IMG/VR virus record: IMGVR_UViG_3300010035_000001
Span: 6,615-70,614 of that record
DNA length: 64,000 bases
Reading direction: 5' to 3' (one strand)
Origin: a virus
The notes under the pieces are model-generated. The model did not search any database. It saw nothing but the letters and a program-made list of their open reading frames with translations, and was not told the DNA's origin. How positions within the stretch are numbered: position 1 is the stretch's first letter; the number at the start of each line of letters is the position of its first letter. A program made the translations under genes and the position numbers. This document shows positions 27,109 to 37,426 of the stretch, piece after piece.

Positions 27109-29952
27109 TCAAAAAGTGAAAACTGCATGGACTCCAGCCGCTGTGAGAACATCCATAAAGGCCTCCACGAGACCAATCGGGTTAGCCAAATACAGCGGAT
27201 AGTAGTCAAAGAGCAGTGGTGATGCTGAGATCATGTTATTTTGGATTTGAGAATTCTCCAACACTTGACCGCTCAAAACGTTTGTGATCGTCAATTTCAT
27301 GAGCAAATCTGTTGTCCACATTGGAGATCTCAAAGTTGCCAACTGATTTGGGGATGTTCCAAGGATATTTCCGCCATCTGACATCTTAAAGGGTAAGGGG
27401 CTTTCAGTTGCGAATGTGGGTTCCAGGTGAACATCTAGCCCTGTCTCGTTTGTAAAACTAGCTGAGGTCACTTCGCAGATGTTTGTTTTTTTCTTGATGG
27501 GTGTGTTCCAGAATGCCAAATCGTCTGCAGGACTATCCGGATCTCTCAGTATCGAGATGGTGTAACTTCCAGCATTTGATCCTGCACCCTCAATCACAAT
27601 GTCTTTTCCCAAATCATCTGGGAAAACCAATACTCGTTCTGACAACGTGATCCGTGTGGGAAGTACCGTCTGCACAAAGCAATCTGAGAGAGTGTCCCCC
27701 CTCAACTCTACGTTGGAAGCATCTATATATGAATGGATCTTCCATTTTCCATTGTTGGACCCCCCACCTGGGTTTGTAATTGCTGATTCTGTGACAGCCA
27801 AGTATTTTCCAACATCGCCCGAAACAAAGCCGGGATCTCCAGCACCTTTGGTTAACCTATCCGGATTCGCACCCAGAACGGATCCATTTCCATTGATGAC
27901 CCAGTAGTCTGTTGGATCTTCAATTTCCAATCCCAATTGTTTGGTGTGAAAAACCATCCCCGTGGACGTGGGTTCCAGTCCAAAAGTGATTTGGCGATTA
28001 GAAGACACTTGGGTAAATGCGCTGTAATCAACAGATGAAATGAGATTTCCATTGATAATCAACTCCATTCGTTTTTGACCGAACTTCTTGATCGTCAATT
28101 CGTGCCACGTGTCTGTAGGAGCCGCAGCTTTGGTTCCCAATTCGTTTCCTGTCCCATTTGCATTAAAACAAACAAAACCCATGGGAGTGTTCCCAAGTCC
28201 AACTCGAAGATTTTTGGAGCCGTCCTCAATCCCAAAATGCATTTGAGAATAGTCATACTGACCCACAACAGCGGCTGAAGGAATCAGCAACAGACAACTG
28301 ATTTCCACGTAACTGTCCGGTGTGATTCTCCCGCCTTTTGGTATATCCATTTGATACAAGACTGTTCCAGTTGGGGCCGTATTCTCGAACTTCGTGTACC
28401 CAGACAGTACCAAAACCGCCGTTGCTTCTGATTCAGACCCAACGTACCCCCAACCAATCCCCCCAGCATGCCCCGGATAGTATGGATATGTGATGACACT
28501 TGGTTTTTGTGCTTTGAAGGAAAAAAGATTGTTGATTGGGGATAGTTTCACACCACCCACAAGTTCTGTGTTTGCCGGTAAAGCAATTTCATCCAAATTC
28601 AGCGCCCCTTCCCCAGCCACACTGACATGTTCAGTAGTCAAATACCCTTTGCCCTCTTTAACATTGGATAGAATTGCGCTAGATCCCAAATTCACGAACA
28701 CCTTGTGTGGGTGTTGCAATAAATCTTCGGATACCGAGAAATTTCCCGTCCCAAGCAACCCCGTAAGAGCAGTCTCGATCCCATACAATGTGCCTTTGGG
28801 ATTGTAGGCAGACGCTTTTATGATTTCTCGATACTGATCGTCCCCCTCCAAACCTGCCAATCGACCAACTCCCAAATTACGACCAATCACAGTCAAGTAG
28901 GGACCTTCACTGGTTTCCACGTTTAAGGAACGATACACCAGATCTTGAGCACTCCAGATCTCGGAAGCATCCACTACCACAGAATGGAGTCTATGGGCCA
29001 CGGCTGCTCCTGCAGTTTCAACTCCATTTTTCATGAATGTGATTCCGGTTAGGGTATCATCCGTTCTACTGGTGTACTTATACTTGATGCCGTCAATTCC
29101 CACGTACCCATTTTCAGCCCAGTCTAAGACGGATTCCACTGCAAAACTTGTGGCCCCAGCACCGGCCACAGTACGAAGTCTGGTGGCTCTGTAGCCTGCA
29201 ATTGCAGAATCAGATTCACCTATGATTTCCGTAAGGGCCTCAATAATTAGTAGACTATCTAATCGTGGTGTCGTTGGTGTCGATATGTTCGGACTGGCTG
29301 ACACCTGGGCCGGAGCCGCGTAATTCGGTGGTGGTCCTTGAATTGGATTGTCGTAGGAAAACCCACTGTAGTAGTACGTTTTCAAATGATCCAATCCAGA
29401 GTCAAGCACGGTTTCGGCTCCACCTTGGTAAACCAAATCTCCATCATTCTCATCAACCGGATAGCTATTTTCTTTTCGACGGATCAACGTTCCTTCAAAG
29501 TCAGGATCAGCCGGATTGTCCCAAGTCAATGTGATTTGTCCCGGCCCGGGGGTCGCCACAAAATTGGTGATTGGGGGTGGTGCTGTGGTGTCTGGGGGCA
29601 ATGGACTTGCAGAACTTTGTGCGGCATTTGATGAGATATTCCAAATGTCAAAAGCAAAAGCAGAATAGAGATAGGTAATTCCAGTAGGCAGACCACTATC
29701 TGTATGGGATGTACCAGTCCCTGTGTAGACAGGATCACCGTCTGTTGGACTCGTGGGAAAGGTACCCACTTTGCGCCGAATCACAACTTCCTTGAAATCG
29801 GAATGGACTGGGTTTGTCCAAGACAAATCAATATCCCCAACCGCAGAACCCTGAACAGCTGAAAATCCTGTGACAGGCGAAAAGACATAGCTGGGGGCAT
29901 CATTCCCAGTAGATTCGATGGTCCAATGCCCTAGCGGTCCTTTGTAGGCCAT
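27109..29952 (-). CDS. baseplate wedge/tail protein with two N-terminal fibronectin type III domains and a lectin-like insert
   Basis: paired LSWTNP..DF..VIRRK...Y.YSAF repeats; LGVGRLAGLEGDDQYREII baseplate-like motif; TAATG overlap start. Confidence 0.75.
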   Translation of the reverse strand: MAYKGPLGHWTIESTGNDAPSYVFSPVTGFSAVQGSAVGDIDLSWTNPVHSDFKEVVIRRKVGTFPTSPTDGDPVYTGTGTSHTDSGLPTGITYLYSAFAFDIWNISSNAAQSSASPLPPDTTAPPPITNFVATPGPGQITLTWDNPADPDFEGTLIRRKENSYPVDENDGDLVYQGGAETVLDSGLDHLKTYYYSGFSYDNPIQGPPPNYAAPAQVSASPNISTPTTPRLDSLLIIEALTEIIGESDSAIAGYRATRLRTVAGAGATSFAVESVLDWAENGYVGIDGIKYKYTSRTDDTLTGITFMKNGVETAGAAVAHRLHSVVVDASEIWSAQDLVYRSLNVETSEGPYLTVIGRNLGVGRLAGLEGDDQYREIIKASAYNPKGTLYGIETALTGLLGTGNFSVSEDLLQHPHKVFVNLGSSAILSNVKEGKGYLTTEHVSVAGEGALNLDEIALPANTELVGGVKLSPINNLFSFKAQKPSVITYPYYPGHAGGIGWGYVGSESEATAVLVLSGYTKFENTAPTGTVLYQMDIPKGGRITPDSYVEISCLLLIPSAAVVGQYDYSQMHFGIEDGSKNLRVGLGNTPMGFVCFNANGTGNELGTKAAAPTDTWHELTIKKFGQKRMELIINGNLISSVDYSAFTQVSSNRQITFGLEPTSTGMVFHTKQLGLEIEDPTDYWVINGNGSVLGANPDRLTKGAGDPGFVSGDVGKYLAVTESAITNPGGGSNNGKWKIHSYIDASNVELRGDTLSDCFVQTVLPTRITLSERVLVFPDDLGKDIVIEGAGSNAGSYTISILRDPDSPADDLAFWNTPIKKKTNICEVTSASFTNETGLDVHLEPTFATESPLPFKMSDGGNILGTSPNQLATLRSPMWTTDLLMKLTITNVLSGQVLENSQIQNNMISASPLLFDYYPLYLANPIGLVEAFMDVLTAAGVHAVFTF

Positions 29953-31658
29953 TACTTCTTCTCCAATCGCCAAGTGACAACCCGACCACGCTTTTTACGA
30001 GTAATCGGTGGGTAGGTTCTACGAGTTAATCTTGAAAATCCCTTCATCTGTCCAATCAATAAATCATCTGCTCCACTGGGATCTGCCAATGGTCCCAATT
30101 TACTCCTGGAAGCATAGGGATAGGTTCTTCGTTTATGGGACAACGAAAAGATGTTCATATCATCCTCTTCTACGACAAAAAATCTACATGCTGCCTTTAG
30201 AAAGTCATTGACGGTTGATTCTGTGGATCCGGACTGAACAGGTGCCCCTTCTACATCAAAAACGATTCCTTCATCTATCCATCCCGGATTCCGTGTATTG
30301 TCGCCTGGTAAAGTGGATTCTTTTTCGGCGCCCACGGTATCATGGAAATCATCGTAGTAGTCCGGTTTGTATTGCACTGGTTTGACATAGTAATCATTGG
30401 TGATATTGTCCACTTCTGTGTCAGTCAAACGGCGAAGCCATATAGCCAACCAATACAAATCTCCATCAAAATGCTTGGCTGTAGATGCTTCATAATTGGC
30501 AATCAGAAAATCAGCTTCGTTTGATCGAAAAATTGGTGATACAGCCACACTGGATACCACCTCTGTCCCATCCACCTCGCATCTTAATTCACTCGTACCA
30601 TCCGCAACCTTTTGGTACCGCATAGCGAATGTTGACTTGATTCCTGCGGTTAATACGCTCGGGACCGTAACAGTTGTGGTTCCTGCTGCTGTTCCGTTTT
30701 TTGATATGGTAAAAACAACGTCATCTTCATTCTGGTAAATGAGCCAACAACGTTCATCTACGCCATTTTCATTCCATTTTCCCAAAATACCGACTGAATG
30801 AGACGCACCGACTTGATCTGGTGTGAACGTTCCCATCACTGTCAGATCACCACCCCATCGATCAGGTTCGAATAATCGAGTTTGATCCGGCCAAGATGGT
30901 CCTTGATCTCCATTGTGGACCGGCGTTCCAGTAACCGAAAAAGTATATCCACCAATCAATGTTGTGTGGGTTGCGGCCACGGTGTCATTGAAATCATCAT
31001 AGGCCTTACAATCAAAATCCATGGGATGGACATCATGGTTATCAAAAAGGTCTTCCAAATTCGTTTGGGTCAAAGTTTGTTCTGTGTAGCCCCACCAATA
31101 AATTCGATCGGGCCATTCTGTACTACCCAAACCATCTTGTGCAGCAATGACCACATTTGCGGTGGAATCATGCAGGCTGCTACCCAAACCAGTCAATTGC
31201 CCATTCAACGTTCCACCGGAATTGATTAAGTAGGCATCTAACGTTCCAGCGGTTTTGTCATAGACTAGAGCCACAAGTACATCATCCGTGGCAGACCAAG
31301 AATACGTTGCTGTGGCTGTTTGCCAGGTCGTCCCATTGAAAGAAATTCTTGCCTGGAAATTACCCGAAGAATTGAAACGGAGATCCCAACAATGCTGGCC
31401 TGAGGCCGAGTTGAATTTTGAAATAATGTTGTGGTCATTGGGGGTCGTGTCAATCCGGCACCGAACCAACAATGTGAAATCGTCGTCCGGAACAAAGTCT
31501 GAAGTCTTGCTGTCGGATTGAGTCAAGTAATCTGGATTTGTCTCATCGAAAAGCCAATAATCCGCATTCGGATCTTTGACCCTCAAACGCAAAGAGTCAA
31601 CATTGGGAGATCCGCGGAATTCCCAATGGGATGCTTCTGGCTGAACTCGAATAGGCAT
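29952..31658 (-). CDS. virion protein with tandem LamG/concanavalin A-like domains
   Basis: two repeats of FT.....IISK.N....CW.L...F.IS.NG with IA...Y..F.G.I..L.IW..LT tails. Confidence 0.75.
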   Translation of the reverse strand: MPIRVQPEASHWEFRGSPNVDSLRLRVKDPNADYWLFDETNPDYLTQSDSKTSDFVPDDDFTLLVRCRIDTTPNDHNIISKFNSASGQHCWDLRFNSSGNFQARISFNGTTWQTATATYSWSATDDVLVALVYDKTAGTLDAYLINSGGTLNGQLTGLGSSLHDSTANVVIAAQDGLGSTEWPDRIYWWGYTEQTLTQTNLEDLFDNHDVHPMDFDCKAYDDFNDTVAATHTTLIGGYTFSVTGTPVHNGDQGPSWPDQTRLFEPDRWGGDLTVMGTFTPDQVGASHSVGILGKWNENGVDERCWLIYQNEDDVVFTISKNGTAAGTTTVTVPSVLTAGIKSTFAMRYQKVADGTSELRCEVDGTEVVSSVAVSPIFRSNEADFLIANYEASTAKHFDGDLYWLAIWLRRLTDTEVDNITNDYYVKPVQYKPDYYDDFHDTVGAEKESTLPGDNTRNPGWIDEGIVFDVEGAPVQSGSTESTVNDFLKAACRFFVVEEDDMNIFSLSHKRRTYPYASRSKLGPLADPSGADDLLIGQMKGFSRLTRRTYPPITRKKRGRVVTWRLEKK

Positions 31659-31667
31659 GGCCTCTCC

Positions 31668-33578
31668 TTACGGCCAAATGAACGGCCCCATGACGTACCA
31701 TTGAGTATTCGTTGTATCATAAAAAATGAAAGCTTGTTCTTGGCCAGTTTCCCAGGGCATGTCTAATTCATCTTCTGATGCACCTGAACGTGTATCATAA
31801 ATTTTTCGAACAAAATTTTTGATTCCAAGTTGATAGACAAAACCACCGTAAGCAGAACGATCCGCATCCCAATTCACAATACTAAAAGGGGAAGATAAAA
31901 GATCTCCTGTGGCGTTTTCTTCATCGTCCATGTTACCCACAATAGTTGGAAGCATTGACATATAGGCTCCAACAATTTGACCCCTAGTGTCATAACCTCC
32001 ATTGGCCGCCCAAGGATTCCATGAAGTTGTAGAATTTGTGCATTTATCTTGTCTTCTGTGTGAAGGCCGATCCACCCGAAAACGGGAATTTGAAGAAACA
32101 TGAAATGGATGCATACTGGCAAACTGTGTGCCTGAAGTTGTTCTAAATTGATGCGCATAGGATATGCTGTTTCCTCGATTGATATAGGTAATAAAATGAG
32201 CTGGATCCTTTCCAATTTTTGCACCTGATTTGTAACTATAGATAAGAGGATCCCGAATGGTCAGGGTACCAGCGTTCCCTGTTCCTGGAGTAATGCCGGT
32301 GACGTAAACATTCTCCTGGACCATTTCATCCCCCTCCAGATCAGCCCAATTACCAGCTGTTGCACCCATGGATGTGTCTGAAGACCTGTCTTCATTGTTA
32401 ATCCAATCCAAGTAAGATTGAGACATGATCCTATATTTGGATTCCAATGAAAAAATTCGAACATCGTCAACATCAATAGATAGGGCCCCTGCTGCAATAT
32501 CTCCTCCGCCAACAGCATGAGCACTCGTAGTCCTTTCGTCTGAGAAGGGCTTGTAGGCACCCCAATAAAATGGTTGGAATTCGGTGCCGTCTTTATGCAT
32601 AGCTGTGATCGTGTCTTTACTAACTACGAACCAAACGTCTTTCGCGATAGTCTCTACCCCCTTGGGTCCAATAAAGGGCGTGGACATCTTAAGCACCGAA
32701 GATGCACCAACTTGTTGATTGTTGGAATTTGGAATGCCCCAACCTGCAGAGACAATATCGCAATCATAAACTCCGACGGCAACACCGGGAGTCGTTGTTT
32801 TGAATTTGTCATATGTGTACCGTCCTGCCCCATCATCGGTTTTGATCCATCGCATTTGTCCGTTATGGGCGGAACCGGCATCATTGATTTTCAGAAGACC
32901 TTGTCCATTTTCCCAAGCTTCACCAGACGGCCAACCATCCAAACCGATGATTGGATCCACGTTCCCTGTATCACCAATGGACCAACTGATTGTTCCCGTG
33001 CTCTGCCCAATGGAATTGGTCAAATCCCGATAGGCATACAACCTGAAATAAGGCTGAATGGAAGTTCCAGCGCTGCTGTCATAGGCCAGAATCAACACAT
33101 CTTCCGCATCGTGGGCTTCAGGTGACGTTGCCCCATACCCTCTTGTACACCCATTCAAATAATGTGGATCGGCCGTTCCACCGGCCCCCGTGGTGTCCAC
33201 CGTTCCAATCAAAATGGCCTCGCCATCAATGATGATGATATCGTTCGTGGCTAACCCAGTTGCGTCATGAATGGGGATAGAATCCGTTTGCGAATTGGTA
33301 ATGGCCGCAGTCAGCCAATTAAACCAGCCTCCTGGCTGTCTGGTGTTATACGACATGGCCCAATGCAAATGCACATGCCAATCTTTGGTGCCATCTTCTC
33401 CATTTGACTGAAGGAACCACCCCAAGATACGGGCATGTTTGTCGTCTTGCGCAGTTCTATTTATCAGGGTATCTGTGGGCCCTACCAATTGCCAACCTGC
33501 AGCCACCATGACATCTTTCAAAGTGTCAATATAATGGATCGCAGAATTGATTGGGTAATGATTACCTTTTACCGTCAT
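31668..33578 (-). CDS. tail/baseplate-associated structural protein
   Basis: 636 aa beta-rich protein in the adhesin block. Confidence 0.65.
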   Translation of the reverse strand: MTVKGNHYPINSAIHYIDTLKDVMVAAGWQLVGPTDTLINRTAQDDKHARILGWFLQSNGEDGTKDWHVHLHWAMSYNTRQPGGWFNWLTAAITNSQTDSIPIHDATGLATNDIIIIDGEAILIGTVDTTGAGGTADPHYLNGCTRGYGATSPEAHDAEDVLILAYDSSAGTSIQPYFRLYAYRDLTNSIGQSTGTISWSIGDTGNVDPIIGLDGWPSGEAWENGQGLLKINDAGSAHNGQMRWIKTDDGAGRYTYDKFKTTTPGVAVGVYDCDIVSAGWGIPNSNNQQVGASSVLKMSTPFIGPKGVETIAKDVWFVVSKDTITAMHKDGTEFQPFYWGAYKPFSDERTTSAHAVGGGDIAAGALSIDVDDVRIFSLESKYRIMSQSYLDWINNEDRSSDTSMGATAGNWADLEGDEMVQENVYVTGITPGTGNAGTLTIRDPLIYSYKSGAKIGKDPAHFITYINRGNSISYAHQFRTTSGTQFASMHPFHVSSNSRFRVDRPSHRRQDKCTNSTTSWNPWAANGGYDTRGQIVGAYMSMLPTIVGNMDDEENATGDLLSSPFSIVNWDADRSAYGGFVYQLGIKNFVRKIYDTRSGASEDELDMPWETGQEQAFIFYDTTNTQWYVMGPFIWP

Positions 33579-33592
33579 TCTATCCGTCCCTT

Positions 33593-33997
33593 CTACCCCG
33601 TGGGGAATTCCGAAATGGACTTTGGTCCTGTGTAATAGATCGGAGCCATCAATGTTCGAACGTCAAAAACCATGCTTTGATACTGTCGATACGTCGTTGT
33701 AACAATGTCCACCAAAGTACTGTGGATCAAAGTCACAGAATCTTGAACAGTCACGCTCAAAGTCGCATTTGCTGGTAGTCTTGGGGTATAGCATTTTAAA
33801 ACCGTTGTGGAATAGGGTAGGAGTCCATTTCCCTTATCGATCCCGCCACCGTGGCATGGAAAATCAAGAGTACTTTGGGTGTCACCAATGAATGCGTAGT
33901 AGGTCACACCGATTTCAAAAATTCCATTGATCTCGATTTCGGAACCACCGTTTTCGGGAATTTTGGACACATTTAAACTTGTGAGACTGAACGCCAT
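33593..33997 (-). CDS. IPT/TIG Ig-like domain virion protein
   Basis: LNVSKIPENGGSEIEING.F...YS.TVLKCYTP.LPA...SVTVQ; GAGGG SD. Confidence 0.6.
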   Translation of the reverse strand: MAFSLTSLNVSKIPENGGSEIEINGIFEIGVTYYAFIGDTQSTLDFPCHGGGIDKGNGLLPYSTTVLKCYTPRLPANATLSVTVQDSVTLIHSTLVDIVTTTYRQYQSMVFDVRTLMAPIYYTGPKSISEFPTG

Positions 33998-34005
33998 GGG
34001 AACCC

Positions 34006-35403
34006 TCAAATAACGGAAATATTCCCGTCTTCTATTCTTGGCAATTGGTTATCCAACAAAATCACGTCCGAGGTGGGGGCCGTAATTGTCGCATTATAGA
34101 CACCTGTCACAGAGGCTATTTTTCGGTACAACTGACTGATCAAAACGTCGCCACTAATTCCCAAACTATTGATGTATTCCTTGATCGCCTCCACTACATT
34201 GGCTCTAACCGTGACGGGGTCAAAACCTTCCGAAATAATCGTTGTGACGTTGACGGTCTGTACAGAATTGGTTGGTGTTTCAGCCAGAATGAGTGTCCCG
34301 GCCGCCCGCAATCCAGGATAGTTTGTTCGATCGTTTGCATCACCATCTATGATTTTTTGAGCGAGGGCAATTAGCCCTGTGAAATACCCATAGGTGTTCG
34401 CGACAATCTGTTCCCCAGCTGCTAATGCAGGACTGAAATTTACCTGCCCTGAAGCTGGATTTACCCAAAAAGCATAACTTGCACTGTACTCAAACCCACC
34501 GGTCAACACACCCCTTGTTGAGCTTGTAAGAGTGAATGTAGCTGTGGTTTTGATGGGCTTGTTGTTAAGGAAAAGCATTTCCTCACCACCCACAGCTGTA
34601 TCTCCGGGACCTAATCCAGCAGTCAAAATCTCGGATGTAGCTGTGGCACTACTTTCTGCAGATCCTGTTCCATCATCAATGTAAATCGTGGCGCGTCCCA
34701 AATTGACCTGATCTTCTACCCCTTTTGAATAAAGAATCGTTGCACCTGTATCAGTATCCGTCGCCCCCAAGACCCCTGTTTCAATTGCCTCCAAAGTGGA
34801 TCTGGGTAAAGATCGAATGTACGCCCTAATTCTGTTCCGGAAAGCATCGTCACTTTCTTTGTCTGTGCCATTGGCAAAGGGTGTTGGATTCGTCACAGAA
34901 TCTACACCCGTTGGTTTGGTTCCAAATTTGATCAATGTTCCGCTGGCAACATTCCCAGAAAGGCCAGCAACCGTTGCTGTGGCTGCGACCAATCCTGATT
35001 CGGTATTGCCATTTGTAATGGATCCTGCAACTGTGGTTTTGACAGCTTCCCCGTCTTCAGTTTTGACTTCGGTCCCCACCGGGATTGTGACAGTTCCAGT
35101 GGTTCCAGTCCTAGAAAATCGAAGATTACCTGTTGATTTTGTTGCGGCCTTTCGTTCAATCAACCCAGGTTGAATCTCTTTTGCACGATCATCAAGTTGA
35201 TTTCCGGACGCATAGTCAATTGAAAATTGATTCAAGAGCAAAGAGAGTTGGTAATAAATTCTATCGTCTTGTCGAGCCGCAGCAGCCAAGACGTGTTTTA
35301 CTCCAGAAGCATCAGAAATATCAGAAAGACCGGTCCGAGTAACGATCTTCCCAATCATCTGCTCCAAAATCTGCTCGTATCGAAGTGCAGTGAACCGTGG
35401 CAT
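34006..35403 (-). CDS. baseplate J-like wedge protein
   Basis: IDYASGNQLDDRA, TIPVGT, GNV..GT, GVDSVTN...GTDKESDDAFRNRI, YINSLGISGDV. Confidence 0.92.
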   Translation of the reverse strand: MPRFTALRYEQILEQMIGKIVTRTGLSDISDASGVKHVLAAAARQDDRIYYQLSLLLNQFSIDYASGNQLDDRAKEIQPGLIERKAATKSTGNLRFSRTGTTGTVTIPVGTEVKTEDGEAVKTTVAGSITNGNTESGLVAATATVAGLSGNVASGTLIKFGTKPTGVDSVTNPTPFANGTDKESDDAFRNRIRAYIRSLPRSTLEAIETGVLGATDTDTGATILYSKGVEDQVNLGRATIYIDDGTGSAESSATATSEILTAGLGPGDTAVGGEEMLFLNNKPIKTTATFTLTSSTRGVLTGGFEYSASYAFWVNPASGQVNFSPALAAGEQIVANTYGYFTGLIALAQKIIDGDANDRTNYPGLRAAGTLILAETPTNSVQTVNVTTIISEGFDPVTVRANVVEAIKEYINSLGISGDVLISQLYRKIASVTGVYNATITAPTSDVILLDNQLPRIEDGNISVI

Positions 35404-35415
35404 CTATGGCACCTT

Positions 35416-37377
35416 TCACAAGGACAGTCGAATGGTCCGCGTCTCCGCAAAGCCATGGGCTGCCAATTCGAAATCGATTTTCAAGACATCTTGATTTAAT
35501 TCCAACGTCATGTTTTTGATTGCACCAATCCGTGGATCCGACAACCATGCCTCTTGCAATCGGAATCGAATGATCTCCAAATCAATTCCAGCCGTACCAA
35601 GACCAACAATTTTTTCAGTACCTAGATTCCGGTAAAGTGGGTCTTGCCCCTTCTCAGTCAACAAGATGGTGGTGGCCACTTGGACCAAGTTGTCGATACC
35701 AGAAACTGTTTTGCAATCCACAGAACCATGGGCAGTATCAATCACAAAATCGTACTGAACACGTCCTGAGCCAGTCACATCATCTACCGGTTCTAACGCA
35801 AAGTCTGTGCCTAGGTATTGGGCTTCCAATGCTTCAGTTGCCTTGACACCAGCCACAGGAATTCCTGTTCCAGACAAAGTAGACGGCTGATTTGAAGGAA
35901 TTAAAATCTTGGAACCTAAACCCAAAGCCCCCGGAAATGGAGATTCATCAGCGCCAGCGAGTGCCCCTGTGACAGTACTTCCCGATCCAATGCCCTTGGC
36001 CAGTGGAGCCCCGGCTTGTGTGTCAACAAAGGGAGGTCGAAGCCCATTCAGAATTGCAATGTACTGCCACAATCGGGCATCTCCCATGTATCGAGCCGCG
36101 AGAGTCGCGAGGGTGTCTCCCTCCCCAATTACTACTTCCCTGGCCGATGTGAATTTCTGAATTTCTCCACCTGGAGATAATTGACCTTCTCCGGAAAGTA
36201 CATCCCCAGCGGTCAATTGGGTCCCGAGATTCTTGACTTCGTCAAAACTGGAGGGTGAACCCACAGCCAAAGCTTCTTCTTTTTCAGTATCAGAAACCGA
36301 TCGTCTGAATTCTTGTTGCTCCCTGATTTTCCGAATTTCTGTTTCCTGTGGACTCTCGAACAAACTGGGGTATCGTCCCAGAATTTCCAGATTGTCTACG
36401 ATGGTGTGAAGTTTTTGTTTGACTGAAACTGGGAAAGTCCGCCCTGATGTGTCGGTCTCCATCGTGTTGTTCACAATCCCGAGTGCAGATTCTAATTGAT
36501 CAATAGCCGTCTCAATAGACGCAAAAGGATGCTGGATGAATTCAGACAAACCATCTGTGAATTCTTTAGCTGCATTCACGATGTTCGTCACGCTGTCGAT
36601 GATAGACGCGATGTTTTGAATGAAACTTTTGATCTCTCCTAACAGGGCTGTGAGGTCATTGATTGCCCCGGTGACCCCATCAATCACTTTTTTGATCGTC
36701 GAAATGAAAGATTTGATGGAATCAAACAGAGATTGATCCTCTGAGAAATTAAAGGAAACGGCCGTGGCCTTGTCTACAACAAGCAATTCAATGTCGTAGT
36801 TGTACAATAAGGGTGCGGACGCATCCTGACTCAATTTGAAAGAAATCGGACTCACCAACCAATGCTCCCGATCTTTCGGATTGTGAAAAATCAGATGTGT
36901 ATCTTTGGCAGTCGAGGGATCACGTTTCAAATCTGCGTAAGTGCGAAATACCGTGTCTTGTAGGTAGTGAAAGTGTTTTTGTCCAGAGAGAGCCCCCACA
37001 ATGATTTCTGGAAGTTCCCTGCTGTAACTGGTGTTTTTTGTTGGAACCAATGCTGATTTCGCAAGCCCTTTCAGTTTCAGATCTCGTGGTCTGAAACCGG
37101 TATGTCCTTTGAGTCGGATTGTCCGTTGGATAATGCCGTTCTCTTCAGTGAACAATCCACCCCCTTGTGTAGGGGTGGACTCAATAGAAAAGGGCTCCTC
37201 CAGGGAGTAAGAAACGGGCGGAACTATGAGAGGGTACAGGTAGCTGGTCGAAAAAAAGTAGGCAGCCCGGGATGGAACCCTTAATTCGAAAAAGTAAAGA
37301 ATTCGTTTTAAAAAATTGGCATCATCATTGACCTTCTGTCTTGCCAGTTCTCGAATCACTGTCAGCGTCGAAGCCAT
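35416..37377 (-). CDS. baseplate protein: tube-initiator-like N-terminus, LysM domain and C-terminal gp25/W-like domain
   Basis: GEGDTLATLAARYMGDARLWQYIAILNGL (LysM); SGIDNLVQ...LLTEKG...LG...LSDPRI (gp25-like). Confidence 0.75.
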   Translation of the reverse strand: MASTLTVIRELARQKVNDDANFLKRILYFFELRVPSRAAYFFSTSYLYPLIVPPVSYSLEEPFSIESTPTQGGGLFTEENGIIQRTIRLKGHTGFRPRDLKLKGLAKSALVPTKNTSYSRELPEIIVGALSGQKHFHYLQDTVFRTYADLKRDPSTAKDTHLIFHNPKDREHWLVSPISFKLSQDASAPLLYNYDIELLVVDKATAVSFNFSEDQSLFDSIKSFISTIKKVIDGVTGAINDLTALLGEIKSFIQNIASIIDSVTNIVNAAKEFTDGLSEFIQHPFASIETAIDQLESALGIVNNTMETDTSGRTFPVSVKQKLHTIVDNLEILGRYPSLFESPQETEIRKIREQQEFRRSVSDTEKEEALAVGSPSSFDEVKNLGTQLTAGDVLSGEGQLSPGGEIQKFTSAREVVIGEGDTLATLAARYMGDARLWQYIAILNGLRPPFVDTQAGAPLAKGIGSGSTVTGALAGADESPFPGALGLGSKILIPSNQPSTLSGTGIPVAGVKATEALEAQYLGTDFALEPVDDVTGSGRVQYDFVIDTAHGSVDCKTVSGIDNLVQVATTILLTEKGQDPLYRNLGTEKIVGLGTAGIDLEIIRFRLQEAWLSDPRIGAIKNMTLELNQDVLKIDFELAAHGFAETRTIRLSL

Positions 37378-37426
37378 TGTAATACCTCTATTCTAGGATC
37401 TACGCAAGCACTCAACTGTCAATAGA

